Below, in pieces: positions 17,007 to 30,116 of a stretch of DNA of 64,000 nucleotides. Source of the stretch: an uncultured Gemmatimonadaceae bacterium (GTDB lineage Bacteria; Gemmatimonadota; Gemmatimonadetes; Gemmatimonadales; Gemmatimonadaceae); contig CAVXGK010000002.1 in assembly GCA_963761305.1 (NCBI GenBank), forward strand, positions 1,152,001 through 1,216,000, given 5' to 3'. Positions within the stretch are counted from its first letter, which is position 1. Each line of letters begins with the position of its first letter. The position numbers and the translations under genes were made by a program. The notes beneath the pieces are model-generated. The model searched no databases. It was not told the DNA's origin and was given only the letters and a program-made list of their open reading frames with translations.

Positions 17007-18704
17007 TCACGGCGCGGAGGCCGCCTTCGCGCGTCCCGTGTCGGGCGCGATGCGCTCGACGAGATACAGCCCGCACAACTCGTCGGACCGCCCGGTGCCG
17101 CACTGGTCCTGCGCCTGAAGCGTCGTCACGCGGTAGTCCGGGTTGTGGAGAACGCGCGACTTGAACCAGTACAGCTCTCCTTCGTCGAGCACCAGAAATC
17201 GATCGTTCCGCGCCAGGAAGCTCGCGCCCTGCTCCACCCGATGCGACGGATAGTACCGATGCATCGCGTCCATCAGCTTGTACTCCGTCGGGCCGACCGG
17301 CGAGTCCTGTCGCAGCGCCGATTCCCAATCCAAAACGAACACGTACCGCTCGGGATGCGCGGAGTAGAACACGCGCGGCAGATACGTGTGCGTCGACACG
17401 GTCACAATCGGTAGATCGTAGCGAAAGTCGAGGCTGTCGCCGGCGGGCGGTGAGGCACCCGGAACGTTGTCGGCACGGGAGATCGGTGCGTAGAGCGCGC
17501 CGGCGGTCATCGCCGCGAGGACCCAGATGTACGAGCCCGCGGGCGGCCCCTGCGTCGCGCCGATCCGGTCACACCGCGCCAGCGACAACCCCCACGACAG
17601 CGCGCGGTCGAGCGCCGCACACCCGAGAATGGCGTACGCGAAAGAGAGCGGTACGAGATAGCGCGGCAGGAAGATCGGCGTCGCAACGCGCGACCACGCC
17701 CAGATCGCGCCGGCCACGAGCACCCAAGCGACGGCCACGAGCACCAGGTGGCGCGGGTCGCCGCGCCTCTGATCCACGGCATTCGAGGCCGACGGAATCG
17801 AGCGCCGCGCAACCGCGATCGCCACGCCGGCCGCCATGAAGATGAGCATCGCGGCGCGCGGTGTGAGACCGAGCAGCAGCGCCCTGCCGAGATCGAGCAC
17901 GGTCGGACGCGCGATGGGAAAGTGCGGCGCGCCGACCTGCATCTGCACGCGCAACGCGGGAAGCCAAACGAGAAACGCGAGACATCCGGCGAGCCATGCC
18001 GTGTAGAGCAACGGCCGCACACGTCGGCGATCGATGTCGAACAAGACGAGGGCCGAGAGCGCGGCGACGCTATAGGCCAGACCGAAGACGTGCGTGAGAC
18101 AGAGCGCGGCTTGAACGACGGCGACGGCCGCGAGCTCGACCACACGGGAGAATCCCCGGCGGTCGTCCACCGTCGCGGCGCGATCGACCTGAACGAGCGT
18201 GAGCGCGCACAGCGCGAGCAGGAGCCCGTACGAGCGAGCTTCCGCCAACTGCGCCAGCACCACGGTCGGCACGAGCAGGGCGGCGCAGATCGCGGCGCAC
18301 CGGACAGCGAGCGGGAAATACGGACGCAGCACCCGCCAGACGAGCACGAACGCCGCCGCGGCGAAGATTCCGGCGAGCGCGCGGAGCGACATGGCCGAGA
18401 CGCCAAACACACGTCCCCATCCCCACGCGATCACGTAGAACAAGGGCGGCGTGGTGTCGACTTGGTCGGCGAGCGCGCGCACCATGTGCCGAAGCGACGG
18501 ATCGGTGACGAGCGTGGCGGTGAGCAGCTCGTCCACCCACATGTAGCGCACCGCCGCGTCCATGACGTTGGCGGTGACGATCGCAAGCGCGGCCGCGAAC
18601 GGAGTCCACCGCTCGACGACTCCCGCGAGCGCCTCGGGACTCAGCGCCGCGAACGATCGGGAATAGGACCGGGAACGACCGGTGAGGCGGAGGGTGGCCG
18701 ACAT
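17007..18704 (-). CDS. GT-C fold (family 39/PMT-like) membrane glycosyltransferase
   Basis: WVDE motif, PPLFY, EARSYGLL and many TM helices. Confidence 0.75.
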   Translation of the reverse strand: MSATLRLTGRSRSYSRSFAALSPEALAGVVERWTPFAAALAIVTANVMDAAVRYMWVDELLTATLVTDPSLRHMVRALADQVDTTPPLFYVIAWGWGRVFGVSAMSLRALAGIFAAAAFVLVWRVLRPYFPLAVRCAAICAALLVPTVVLAQLAEARSYGLLLALCALTLVQVDRAATVDDRRGFSRVVELAAVAVVQAALCLTHVFGLAYSVAALSALVLFDIDRRRVRPLLYTAWLAGCLAFLVWLPALRVQMQVGAPHFPIARPTVLDLGRALLLGLTPRAAMLIFMAAGVAIAVARRSIPSASNAVDQRRGDPRHLVLVAVAWVLVAGAIWAWSRVATPIFLPRYLVPLSFAYAILGCAALDRALSWGLSLARCDRIGATQGPPAGSYIWVLAAMTAGALYAPISRADNVPGASPPAGDSLDFRYDLPIVTVSTHTYLPRVFYSAHPERYVFVLDWESALRQDSPVGPTEYKLMDAMHRYYPSHRVEQGASFLARNDRFLVLDEGELYWFKSRVLHNPDYRVTTLQAQDQCGTGRSDELCGLYLVERIAPDTGRAKAASAP

Positions 18705-18745
18705 GCACCTTCAAGACGCACGAAGGCGCGACGAAGCAAACTCTG

Positions 18746-20425
18746 CTACTCGTGAAGGGCTCGATGAACGAGGGCGACCGCCGACGCTCCTTCCCCGACC
18801 GCCGACGCCACGCGCTTCATGCTCCCCGACCGCACGTCGCCCACGGCGAAAATTCCGGGGAGACTCGTCTCGAGCGTGTGCGGCGCGCGCGCCAGCGGCC
18901 ATCCGGCCAACGCGAGATCGTCCGTCGACAGATCGGCGCCCGTCTTGATGAAACCCTGATCGTCGCACACCACGCAGCCCTCGAGCCATGAAGTGCTCGG
19001 CGAGGCACCGGTCATCACGAAGACGTGGCGGATCGCGTTGCGCTCGATCTCGCCGGTGGGAGTATGACGCCAGGCGATGTTCTCCAGATGCGCGCCGCCG
19101 TCGGCTTCGACGAGCTCCGTCTCGGTATGGAGCGTGATCTTCGGGTTCGCTTCGATACGTCGAATCAGGTAGCGCGACATCGTGTCGGAGAGCCCGTGGC
19201 CGCGCACCAGCACGTGGACGTGCTGCGCCGTTTCGGCGAGAAAGACCGAGGCCTGGCCAGCCGAGTTGCCGCCGCCCACGACAACGACGTCGGCGCCGGC
19301 GCAGAGCTGCGCTTCCATGAACGTCGCGCCGTAGTAGACGCCCGCTCCCTCGAACGCGCGTAGCCGCGTGAGTCCGAGCCGCCGGTACTCGGCGCCGGTC
19401 GCGATGATGATCGAGCGCGCGGCGATGCGTTCGTTGCCGTCGATTTCGATCGCGTACGGCCGCCGGTCGCACGCCAGGCGCTGCGCATGCTTGGCGACGA
19501 TGAGATCGGCGCCGAACTTCTGCGCTTGATTGTAGGCGCGCGCGGCCAGCTCCTGCCCCGAGATGCCATTCGGAAATCCGAGATAGTTCTCGATGCGAGA
19601 GCTCGAACCGGCCTGGCCTCCAGCCGAGCTGTTCTCGACGACGAGCGCGTCGAGCCCCTCGGACGCCGCGTACACGGCGGCGGCGAGTCCGGCCGGCCCC
19701 GCGCCGACGATGACGACGTCGCGCAGATGCCCGAGGTCGACGGTCTCGTTGAAGCCGAGAAATTCCGCGATCTGCACGTTGCTCGGATTCCGCAGGACCG
19801 TGTTGCCGCGATGCAGCAGGACGGGAATGTCGGCCAGCCCGACGCCGTAGTGATCGAGCAGTTCCTGGACACCCGGGTCGGTGTCGAGGTCGATCAACTG
19901 AAACGGATGGCCGTTCCGCGTGAGGAACTCGCGGATGCGGAGCGTGCCGGCGCAATGCGCCGAGCCGACGAGAACGACGTCGCCGAGTCCGCGGGCAATG
20001 AGTTGCACGCGGCGCAGAATGAACGCGCGGGTGAAGATGTCGCCCAGCTCCGCGTCGACCTGCAGCAGCCGCAGCATGTGCTCGCGGTCGATCTCGATCA
20101 CGTCGCTCGCTTCGCGCGCACGAATGCGGGCGAGGGCGCGCCGGCCAGTCAGAATGTTCGCTTCGCCGGTGAATTGACCGGGTCCGGCGATGGTGAGAAC
20201 CGTTTCGCTCTCGCGCGACGGCCGCATGATCTCCAGCGAGCCGTGAACGACGACGTAGGAGCCCGGATTCGGCGTGCCCGGTTCGAGCAACACCTCACCC
20301 TCCTCGACGTGCCGAAGCTGCCCACAGCCGCGGGCACGCGCGAGGTGCGCGGCGCTCAGCGTCGGGAAGACGTGATCGGTGGCCTGGTCGAGGGTCGGCG
20401 GCGGGCCAGCTTGGGCTGTCATCAT
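18746..20425 (-). CDS. cNMP-binding domain + thioredoxin-reductase-like FAD oxidoreductase
   Basis: cNMP domain (GPGQFTGE); GAGPAGLAAA, IENYLGFP, GGGNSAG and FAVGDVR. Confidence 0.9.
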   Translation of the reverse strand: MMTAQAGPPPTLDQATDHVFPTLSAAHLARARGCGQLRHVEEGEVLLEPGTPNPGSYVVVHGSLEIMRPSRESETVLTIAGPGQFTGEANILTGRRALARIRAREASDVIEIDREHMLRLLQVDAELGDIFTRAFILRRVQLIARGLGDVVLVGSAHCAGTLRIREFLTRNGHPFQLIDLDTDPGVQELLDHYGVGLADIPVLLHRGNTVLRNPSNVQIAEFLGFNETVDLGHLRDVVIVGAGPAGLAAAVYAASEGLDALVVENSSAGGQAGSSSRIENYLGFPNGISGQELAARAYNQAQKFGADLIVAKHAQRLACDRRPYAIEIDGNERIAARSIIIATGAEYRRLGLTRLRAFEGAGVYYGATFMEAQLCAGADVVVVGGGNSAGQASVFLAETAQHVHVLVRGHGLSDTMSRYLIRRIEANPKITLHTETELVEADGGAHLENIAWRHTPTGEIERNAIRHVFVMTGASPSTSWLEGCVVCDDQGFIKTGADLSTDDLALAGWPLARAPHTLETSLPGIFAVGDVRSGSMKRVASAVGEGASAVALVHRALHE

Positions 20426-20438
20426 TCGATAATACTCG

Positions 20439-20462
20439 GGTGGACCGGTGGATCGGTGGACG
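20439..20462. repeat. Octamer tandem repeat GGTGGAYS x3
   Basis: ggtggacc ggtggatc ggtggacg. Confidence 0.7.
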
Positions 20463-20538
20463 TCTCTTTCCCCTACGGTCGAGCTCGCAATACCGCATCG
20501 GGACTCGCATTTTTCGAGACCCTCAACGGAACTCGGAC

Positions 20539-21057
20539 ATGCGTTTCGCCGGCTCGCTGGTCTCGCTCGCGTCTCTCGCCGTCGTCTCCGCGCTTCCTGC
20601 GCAATCGCCCGTGCCTCAGACGAAATTGCCCATCCCTCACGGGGGATTCCCGGACGTCGACGCATGTTCGGTGCTCACGCCGGCCCAAGCGAGCACCGCG
20701 ATCGGGGTACCGGTGCAGGCGCATCATCTCGTCGAACCACGCAAGGGGACATGCTTCTGGTCCGACTCCCCGACGGGCGACGCTGACAACCGTCGCGTCT
20801 TGGTCACCATCATGACGGACGCCGTGTACGACCACATGAAGACGAGCCCCGCTCTCAAGACCGAGCCTGCCACCAGCGTAGCCCAAGACGCGTTCTTTGT
20901 GATTCCCACCGGCGGCGACCCGATTCTCCTCGTGAGAAAGAGCGGCGTCCCGTTCCAGATCAAGATCCTGAACGGCTTCAAGGTGAAGCCGCCGCTCTCG
21001 CCGAGCGAAATCAAAGCTCGGGAGCTTGTACTCGGGAACTCCGCTGCGCTGCCGTGA
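20539..21057 (+). CDS. Hypothetical secreted protein
   Basis: Signal peptide ending LPA-Q; DACSVLTPAQ...CFW motif. Confidence 0.75.
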   Translation: MRFAGSLVSLASLAVVSALPAQSPVPQTKLPIPHGGFPDVDACSVLTPAQASTAIGVPVQAHHLVEPRKGTCFWSDSPTGDADNRRVLVTIMTDAVYDHMKTSPALKTEPATSVAQDAFFVIPTGGDPILLVRKSGVPFQIKILNGFKVKPPLSPSEIKARELVLGNSAALP

Positions 21058-21067
21058 GACGGCGGCG

Positions 21068-23677
<2,610 letters not shown>

Positions 23678-23689
23678 GCGCGGTCAGAG

Positions 23690-23706
23690 GGCAACGGGGG
23701 TGCCCC
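23690..23706 (-). promoter_or_regulatory. Sigma54-like -24/-12 promoter of clpB
   Basis: Minus strand GGGGCACCCCCGTTGCC fits GG-N10-GC with the GGCAC and TTGC cores, 13 nt before the ATG. Confidence 0.55.
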
Positions 23707-23801
23707 GGCGACCCGCCAAAGCGGCGGATTCGGGGGCCCTTGCAAGGTACCGGGCCCCCGTCCCCTGCCGAAATCGCGCCCGGGCCGACCTCTGCTGGCA
23801 G

Positions 23802-25574
23802 CTACTCCTTGCCGCAGGTCGCGTGTTTGACCGAGCCCGCAAAGTCGGTCAGACCCGGCAACGCGCCCAGGATCTGGGCCGCGATTGCGGGATCGGCGCT
23901 GCCGCCCTTCGGCAACGCGATCGACACGAGGTCGACGAACTCCTGCAACCGCGTCGACGACTCGCACATCGCCTGTCGTTCGGCACGCGTGGGAGACTTG
24001 GTCTTCGTCCGCTCCGCGAGCGATTGCGCCTCGTTGGTCGCGATCTGGTAGGCCGCGACGCCGATGTAGAACTGGCTACGCGGCGACGACGCGACGCTGT
24101 CCACCGCCTGTGCATAGTGCAGCACGCGTTCCCACGCCGAGCGCGCTTGCGTGGTCTGCGCGGTGTCGAGCGCAGGAGCGACGACGGCAAGCAGCGGCCC
24201 GCTGACGGCATCCGCCGTCACGCCCGCCGCGAGCGCGCGTCGAGCAGTGGAGATGGTGCTATCGAGCCCGTCCGCTTTCGCGTGCGCGGCGATCGCGAGC
24301 TGCCACGCGGCGCGGTTCGCCGGCTCGATCGCCAATACGCGATCGATGAAACTCAGCGCATCGCGCGGTGTCGCTCCGTCGACCGCGTCGCGTGCGAGAA
24401 CGAGAAGGAAGTCCACGTTCTTGGGGAAGCGCGAAGACGCCTCGAGCGCGATTCGGTGCGACGCGAGCGTGTCGTGCGCGTTCGCGGCGGCGCCGAGCTG
24501 GCGCTGGTAGAAGTTGACCGTCGCCGCGATGCTGTCGGCAGCGATCAGTACGGGACCAGTCCTCAGCGCCTCGGCGAATCTGCCGAGGTGGAGCTCGAGC
24601 AGCCATTTCTTCTTGAGCAGTTCGGCGTTTGCCGGCGAATACGTCAGCGCCGTGTCCAGCGTGGCGAGGCCGGATTCGGATTGTCCAACGCCGACAAGTT
24701 GATCGACAAGACTCAGCGTGACTACGACGTTGGTCGAGTCGACGCGGTGCAGCACGCGCGTGGCGTCGAGCTCGCGCGACGTGTCGGATTTCTGCGCGTA
24801 GGTGTCGACGAGGGTTGCCCACGCCACCGGACTCGTCGAGTCGACGGTGGTGACGGCCAACGCGGCGGCGATGATCGAATCCGGCGACGCGTGACTGGCG
24901 GTGAGAATCGAGAGCGCGCACAGATTGAGCGCCGGCGACGTCGGCCTGATCTTCAGTCCTTGCTGCGCGGCGGCCGTCGCTTGCCGATAGTCGCCTATCA
25001 GGACGGCCTTTCGACATTCGTTGTTGAACGCGAGCGCGCGGATCGCCTCCGACACGGCGCGATCCACTTTCTTCGCCACGTCGCCGACGTCCGCCCCGAC
25101 GATGGGGGCGAGCGGCTCGGCGACGATCTCGCGACCGCGCGCCGTGAGCAGGCGAATCGACGTCTTCATGCCCTCCGGCGTTCGCTCCACCGTGCCGGCA
25201 AGCGCGTAGTCGCCACGGACCTGCTTGGCGAGCTCCATCAGATCGGTCGTGCTGAGCACCGAGTCGGGATAGTAGCCGTATCCAGCGAGCGCTTGTCTTA
25301 TTGTCGAAGCCGGCGTGACGTAGATATCCGTCGCGCTGTGTTCGGATTGGATTCGCTGGCGGATCGCGTCAGCCGCGGCCAGTCCGACGCTCGGGTCGGA
25401 GCTCGCCAACACGCTGACGACGAGTTGCGGTGTGTCCGGCCCGGGTGCGCCCCCGCGCTGCGGCGGCGCCGGACGCTGAGCCGCCAGCGGATGGAGCGCC
25501 ACCAGAAGCAGTCCGCCAAGCACGAGACCTGGAACAGCTGGACGACTCTTCGCGCTACGTGATCGCGGGATCAT
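23802..25574 (-). CDS. Secreted TPR-like helical protein
   Basis: AAGGAGG RBS; signal peptide ending LAA-Q; TPR-like repeats. Confidence 0.75.
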   Translation of the reverse strand: MIPRSRSAKSRPAVPGLVLGGLLLVALHPLAAQRPAPPQRGGAPGPDTPQLVVSVLASSDPSVGLAAADAIRQRIQSEHSATDIYVTPASTIRQALAGYGYYPDSVLSTTDLMELAKQVRGDYALAGTVERTPEGMKTSIRLLTARGREIVAEPLAPIVGADVGDVAKKVDRAVSEAIRALAFNNECRKAVLIGDYRQATAAAQQGLKIRPTSPALNLCALSILTASHASPDSIIAAALAVTTVDSTSPVAWATLVDTYAQKSDTSRELDATRVLHRVDSTNVVVTLSLVDQLVGVGQSESGLATLDTALTYSPANAELLKKKWLLELHLGRFAEALRTGPVLIAADSIAATVNFYQRQLGAAANAHDTLASHRIALEASSRFPKNVDFLLVLARDAVDGATPRDALSFIDRVLAIEPANRAAWQLAIAAHAKADGLDSTISTARRALAAGVTADAVSGPLLAVVAPALDTAQTTQARSAWERVLHYAQAVDSVASSPRSQFYIGVAAYQIATNEAQSLAERTKTKSPTRAERQAMCESSTRLQEFVDLVSIALPKGGSADPAIAAQILGALPGLTDFAGSVKHATCGKE

Positions 25575-25771
25575 AGAGCCTCCTTGTGTCGATGCTATAA
25601 CTGACCCTTGCCCATCCGTTGTCAAGAGTCAAATAACTAGACTACTGATAAAGTCCGCCTGACGAGGCCCCCTGTGGCTGGAGCAACCGACCAAAATGTC
25701 GGGCCCGGCCTGGCGACGTCGTTCTCTTGATAGAGCCTCGCTGGTCCACGCACTCTTTGAGCGTTTCGAAC

Positions 25772-26662
25772 ATGAAAGCGATTGTCGGAAGTCGCGCCCG
25801 CGCCACCGCCGGCATGCGCGCGTCGCTCGTTGTCGCGGCCGTGGTCACGATTGCCGCTTGTGGGGACCAAAGCGCCCCGGCCACCGGGGTCATCTCAACG
25901 GCGCCGTCACAGCCGACGGCGCCCTCGGCTCCGCCGAACGTCCAACTGCGTGGTAGCGCCTTCGTCAGCACCCCGTGGTGGGCTGGGTCGGCTTACCCAA
26001 TCCCGCCCCTCGTCGAAGTCGTCGTGAACTTCGAGGCGGCATCGAACGTAACGGTGCGGTGGTCGGCAACGAACGGGGGGACGGTCGGGACCGAGGCGGT
26101 CACGAGTACAGACGCCCAAGGCAAGTCGGTTTGCCCACCGTGGATTCTCGGGAGAGCCGGCGTGGACAGCGTGACGGCCAGCGTCGACCCCGTGCCTGGC
26201 CGGACAGACACGCTGCGCGCGTCGTTCAGCGTTACCGCGCTCGCCCAACCGGCGCAGTTCGCGGAGTACCGGTTGCTGCTCGTCAACGGCGTGTCGCCGC
26301 CTACGCCGAACCAGGTCGAACAAGACATCGTCGGCGGCCTGCTGCGGCTGGGAAGCGATGGAACCCTCGAGTGGATCGAGTATGACGGCGGGTTCGGTTC
26401 TCAGTATCCCGTCTGGGGCACTGGACGCTTCGCGGTCAGCCAGGGGGCGATCGCCTTCAGCCCCACTGCGGGCGCCGATAGCTCGAGGTTTCCGGGTGCG
26501 ACGGCTACCGTTGTCGGCGACACGCTCACCACGAGCTTCATGAAGGTGATCGAGGTCGGCCTGGATTCCGAGACGGTGTTGCGCACCGAGACCTTCGTAC
26601 GCGCATCGGGCCCGCCAGTGGGTGAGTTGAGCGCGCCGAGCGGATTCGCGAGACGGCGATGA
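25772..26662 (+). CDS. Hypothetical lipoprotein with an Ig-like region
   Basis: Lipobox IAAC; VTVRW...TSTDAQG...W.LG. Confidence 0.7.
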   Translation: MKAIVGSRARATAGMRASLVVAAVVTIAACGDQSAPATGVISTAPSQPTAPSAPPNVQLRGSAFVSTPWWAGSAYPIPPLVEVVVNFEAASNVTVRWSATNGGTVGTEAVTSTDAQGKSVCPPWILGRAGVDSVTASVDPVPGRTDTLRASFSVTALAQPAQFAEYRLLLVNGVSPPTPNQVEQDIVGGLLRLGSDGTLEWIEYDGGFGSQYPVWGTGRFAVSQGAIAFSPTAGADSSRFPGATATVVGDTLTTSFMKVIEVGLDSETVLRTETFVRASGPPVGELSAPSGFARRR

Positions 26663-26692
26663 AACGGCCATGACGGGAGGAACCGGAGCGCG

Positions 26693-26725
26693 AAAAGCGC
26701 CGAGGAGCAGGTCGCTCCTCGGCGC
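26693..26725 (-). terminator. Intrinsic terminator between convergent genes
   Basis: 12-bp stem GCGCCGAGGAGC / GCTCCTCGGCGC, followed by TTTT on the minus strand. Confidence 0.75.
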
Positions 26726-26757
26726 GTTCTCACTCTTTGCCTTCGTCGCGAACCGAA

Positions 26758-27225
26758 CTACTTGCGATAGTAGATCCGCGTCGACGCTTCCAATTTGCCG
26801 TCTACGATGAGCTGCACGATGTACGCGCCGGAAGCGGCCTCCGGACCGCCGCCCTCGACCTTTCCGTCCCAGAACGCGACGTAGTCCCCACACGCCAACC
26901 GCAGGTTGGAAATGCGTGCACCGTTCATCGAGCTGGACGCGCTCGACGTCGAATTCGCGGCCGGACCGAGAAGAACCGGAATCACCACTGGCTGGGCCAG
27001 GATGTTCAGGATCCGCACGGTGACCACGTGTGTCTCTCCGGACGCGCACGCTTCGCCAACGGTGAATGGCGTGCGAACGACCGGGTTGAAGGGATTCGGA
27101 TAACTCTTCCCGAGCTTCCCTGCACTGGGCTTTTGGGGCGACTGCCCTTGCTGCCCCGCCGCTTGCTTTGGCGTCATCGCCAAATACACAAGCACCAGCA
27201 CCAGTGCTGGCCAGCGGTGGAACAT
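26758..27225 (-). CDS. Small secreted protein, FlgD-Ig/T9SS-CTD-like domain
   Basis: Signal peptide; YPNPFNP, V.I.NILAQ.V, WDGK and ASGAYIVQL. Confidence 0.8.
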   Translation of the reverse strand: MFHRWPALVLVLVYLAMTPKQAAGQQGQSPQKPSAGKLGKSYPNPFNPVVRTPFTVGEACASGETHVVTVRILNILAQPVVIPVLLGPAANSTSSASSSMNGARISNLRLACGDYVAFWDGKVEGGGPEAASGAYIVQLIVDGKLEASTRIYYRK

Positions 27226-27301
27226 ATTTTCTCCGCGCTAACGAAACAGGACCGTTACACGAGCTCCTGAAGGGGTGAACGAGACTACTGCTGGTGATCG
27301 G

Positions 27302-27330
27302 ATATTACGTCTCAATCAACTACCTGTCAA
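27302..27330 (-). promoter_or_regulatory. Near-consensus sigma70 promoter for 26758-27225
   Basis: Minus strand TTGACA-N17-TAATAT. Confidence 0.75.
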
Positions 27331-27368
27331 GCAACGTAAGGTGACGGACGTGCATGTGGCACAGAGCT

Positions 27369-29201
27369 TTACACGCCTCGCCACACACGGCCACTCGGCC
27401 CACGAACCGTCAGTCCCGCACGATCGCAATACTCAAGTATCGGTATCAAGTACTTCCGCGACAGCCCGACGCGGTCACGAAGTGTGGCCGGCGTCACATC
27501 ATTTTGGTGCTCCATCACCGCTCGAATTCGATCCAGAACCGACGAGAGGTGGTTCGTTCTATAGTACCGTAACTGCTCGACTTGCACGATGTCGCCCCGC
27601 CGCGCCAAGAAAAACAGAACCGAGGTCAATGGTTGGCCGATCTCGGACTCCAATTCCGTCGTACTCGGCGGCTCCGCACCCGCCCGCTCGAGATGCTCGA
27701 GGATGCGCTGGGCTATGGTCGCATCGGTCGCGCCAAGGGTGACCGACCACCCCGGTCGAGCGACTCTGCCGTCCTCCAAAGTCAGACGGCCAGCCGCCAC
27801 GAGCGCGTCGATCGCCGCGGCCGCCAAGGGCGGCGGCGCCTTGGTCCTGCTCCGCAGCAGCTGAATCGGGATCCCCGGCTCGAGCGGACGGTCGGCGTGA
27901 AACGCCTCCACGATCGCGAGAATCGCCCCCTCGTGCGCACCCCGCGACTCGCGCGAGACGACCACGTCGCCCACCACGACCACGTCGTCACCCAGCTCGG
28001 CGATGAGCGTTCTCGAATGGCGCGGCGAACAACCGAGTCGAACCGGAAGCGAGTCCACCGGCACGCCCTGGCCAGCAGATTCGTCGAGCACGCGGCGGAA
28101 CCGCTCGCCTCGATCGATGCCCACCGGCCAGGGTTTGCCGCGCCGCGGCGCGTGCGGATCCGTGATGACGCCGCCGCCGATTGTGTTGAGCGGCGCGCTC
28201 TCGCGCAGCACGAATCGATCACCGGCACGGAGCACGACCGGCGCGTCGAAGGCGAGGCGGGCCGAGAAGGTCGCGCCCGGCTTGGCCTCGCGGGACACGA
28301 CCCGCGCGCCGACTTCCGTCGTGCCGACGTGAAAGCGCACCCAACTTCGCGGCCGCGGAGCCGCGCCGTCAGCCGGCAGCAGCGTGACGTCGGCGCGGGC
28401 GAACATCGTGGGGTGCCAGGCGAGGTCGGTGACGAGCGTCGAGCCGCGCGCGACCTGCGACGTCTCGACACCGGTGAGCGCGATGGCCGTACGAGCGCCG
28501 GGCTGCGCGGCGGCAACCGCCGCTCCGTGGCCCTGGACGCCGCGCACACGGGTGGAGACTGTGGACGGCAGGATGCGCACGACGTCGTCGCGGCGCACCG
28601 TGCCCGACCAGACGGTTCCGGTCACCACGGTGCCCGTGCCTTTGATCGTGAACGCACGGTCGATCGGCATGCGGAACAAGTCGTCTTCGTCGCGCGTGTG
28701 GACGGTCGAGGCGAGCGCCGTCAGGGCCGCGCGGAGCTCGGGGATGCCGCGGCCGGTGCGTACGGAGGTCGCAATGATCGGCGCTCCCGGCAGCGCACGC
28801 GCCGAGGCGTTTCGTACGTCGTCTTCGACGAGCGCGAGCCAGTCGTCGTCGACGAGATCGGCCTTGGTGAGCGCGATGACGCCGCTGTCGACGCCCAGAA
28901 TCTCGAGAATGGCGATGTGTTCGCGCGTCTGCGGCATCACACCTTCGTCGGCCGCCACGACGAGGAGCGCGAGGTCGACGCCGGTCGCGCCGGCGACCAT
29001 CGTGCGCACGAAGGCCTCGTGTCCGGGAACGTCGACGACGCCGACGACGCCCACGCCGTCGAGCGTGAGCGGCGCGAACCCCAACTCGATCGTGATGCCG
29101 CGCTTCTTCTCTTCGGGAAGACGGTCGGTGTCGACGCCCGTGAGCGCGCCGACGAGCGCCGTCTTGCCGTGGTCGATGTGCCCGGCCGTGCCGACGATCA
29201 C
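27369..29201 (-). CDS. selB: Selenocysteine-specific elongation factor SelB
   Basis: [28 protein letters not shown] and DVPGHE; C-terminal winged helix [15 protein letters not shown]. Confidence 0.96.
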   Translation of the reverse strand: MIVGTAGHIDHGKTALVGALTGVDTDRLPEEKKRGITIELGFAPLTLDGVGVVGVVDVPGHEAFVRTMVAGATGVDLALLVVAADEGVMPQTREHIAILEILGVDSGVIALTKADLVDDDWLALVEDDVRNASARALPGAPIIATSVRTGRGIPELRAALTALASTVHTRDEDDLFRMPIDRAFTIKGTGTVVTGTVWSGTVRRDDVVRILPSTVSTRVRGVQGHGAAVAAAQPGARTAIALTGVETSQVARGSTLVTDLAWHPTMFARADVTLLPADGAAPRPRSWVRFHVGTTEVGARVVSREAKPGATFSARLAFDAPVVLRAGDRFVLRESAPLNTIGGGVITDPHAPRRGKPWPVGIDRGERFRRVLDESAGQGVPVDSLPVRLGCSPRHSRTLIAELGDDVVVVGDVVVSRESRGAHEGAILAIVEAFHADRPLEPGIPIQLLRSRTKAPPPLAAAAIDALVAAGRLTLEDGRVARPGWSVTLGATDATIAQRILEHLERAGAEPPSTTELESEIGQPLTSVLFFLARRGDIVQVEQLRYYRTNHLSSVLDRIRAVMEHQNDVTPATLRDRVGLSRKYLIPILEYCDRAGLTVRGPSGRVWRGV

Positions 29202-29954
29202 CTACACCAGCTCCCACGCATCGAGCGCGCGCAGCGGCTTGTCGTCGGCCAGATGCTCGCGCACGAACTCGCGCAGCAGACGCTGATGCGCTCGCGCCTC
29301 GAGCGCGTCGGCCACGTCGTGCGGATCGCCGGCGAGCCACGTGCGCAGCGCGACCCGTGCCGCCGGAGGAAGCGTGCGCCCCGTCCGCGCCAGCGGCCGG
29401 CAGCGCGCACACACGACGCCACCCGCCGGATGACTGAACAGCGCCGGCTCGTCGATGAGGAGCGCCGAGTGACACTCGGCGCATTCATCGATCGTCGGAG
29501 CGAAGCCCAACGCGGCGAGAACGCGCCACGCGGCGGCCAGCGTCGCGTCGCGCGCGCTGGCTCCCGGGGCGGCGCCGATGTCGTCGAGGCCGAGTGTGAC
29601 GGCGTCGAAGAGCTCGGCGTCGGCACCGGCGTGCGCGAAGCGAAGCCCCATTTCGGCGATCGCCGCGGCGCCGTTGAATCGCGCGAGATGCGCGGCCAGC
29701 TGCGGCCGCGCGCGATCCAGGTCGAACCCGCCGAGCGTGTCGAGGTCGCGGCCGGGTTTGATGTGGAGCTCAGCGGAACCCTGCACGTAGAGATCGAGCG
29801 TCGCGCCCCCGCCGAAGCGCCGCTGCGACCGGCGCGCGCCACGCGCGAGCACCGAGCGCACGCCGGCATCGCGCGTCAGCAGCCGCAGGATGCGCGACGA
29901 CTCGAGGTAGTCGAACGAGTGAAGGACGATCGCGTCCGTCACCAGCAGGGTCAT
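29202..29954 (-). CDS. recO: DNA repair protein RecO
   Basis: [16 protein letters not shown]...ARGARRS; CxxC...CxxC zinc motif. Confidence 0.92.
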   Translation of the reverse strand: MTLLVTDAIVLHSFDYLESSRILRLLTRDAGVRSVLARGARRSQRRFGGGATLDLYVQGSAELHIKPGRDLDTLGGFDLDRARPQLAAHLARFNGAAAIAEMGLRFAHAGADAELFDAVTLGLDDIGAAPGASARDATLAAAWRVLAALGFAPTIDECAECHSALLIDEPALFSHPAGGVVCARCRPLARTGRTLPPAARVALRTWLAGDPHDVADALEARAHQRLLREFVREHLADDKPLRALDAWELV

Positions 29955-29974
29955 AGCGGGTCGATGCGGGAATG

Positions 29975-30065
29975 GGTGGACAGGTGGACCGGTGGACGGG
30001 CGGACGGGTGGAGAGGCAGAAGTCGGACGCCTGACTTCTGACATCTGACGTCAGACTTCTAGCCG
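29975..30065. repeat. Octamer array GGYGGASN x5 followed by heptamer array (CTGACNT-like)
   Basis: ggtggaca ggtggacc ggtggacg ggcggacg ggtggaga ... ctgactt ctgacat ctgacgt cagactt. Confidence 0.85.
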
Positions 30066-30116
30066 ACGTTCATCTTTTGCCTCTCCAATCGTCCCCCCAC
30101 CCGACCACCTAGAAAA

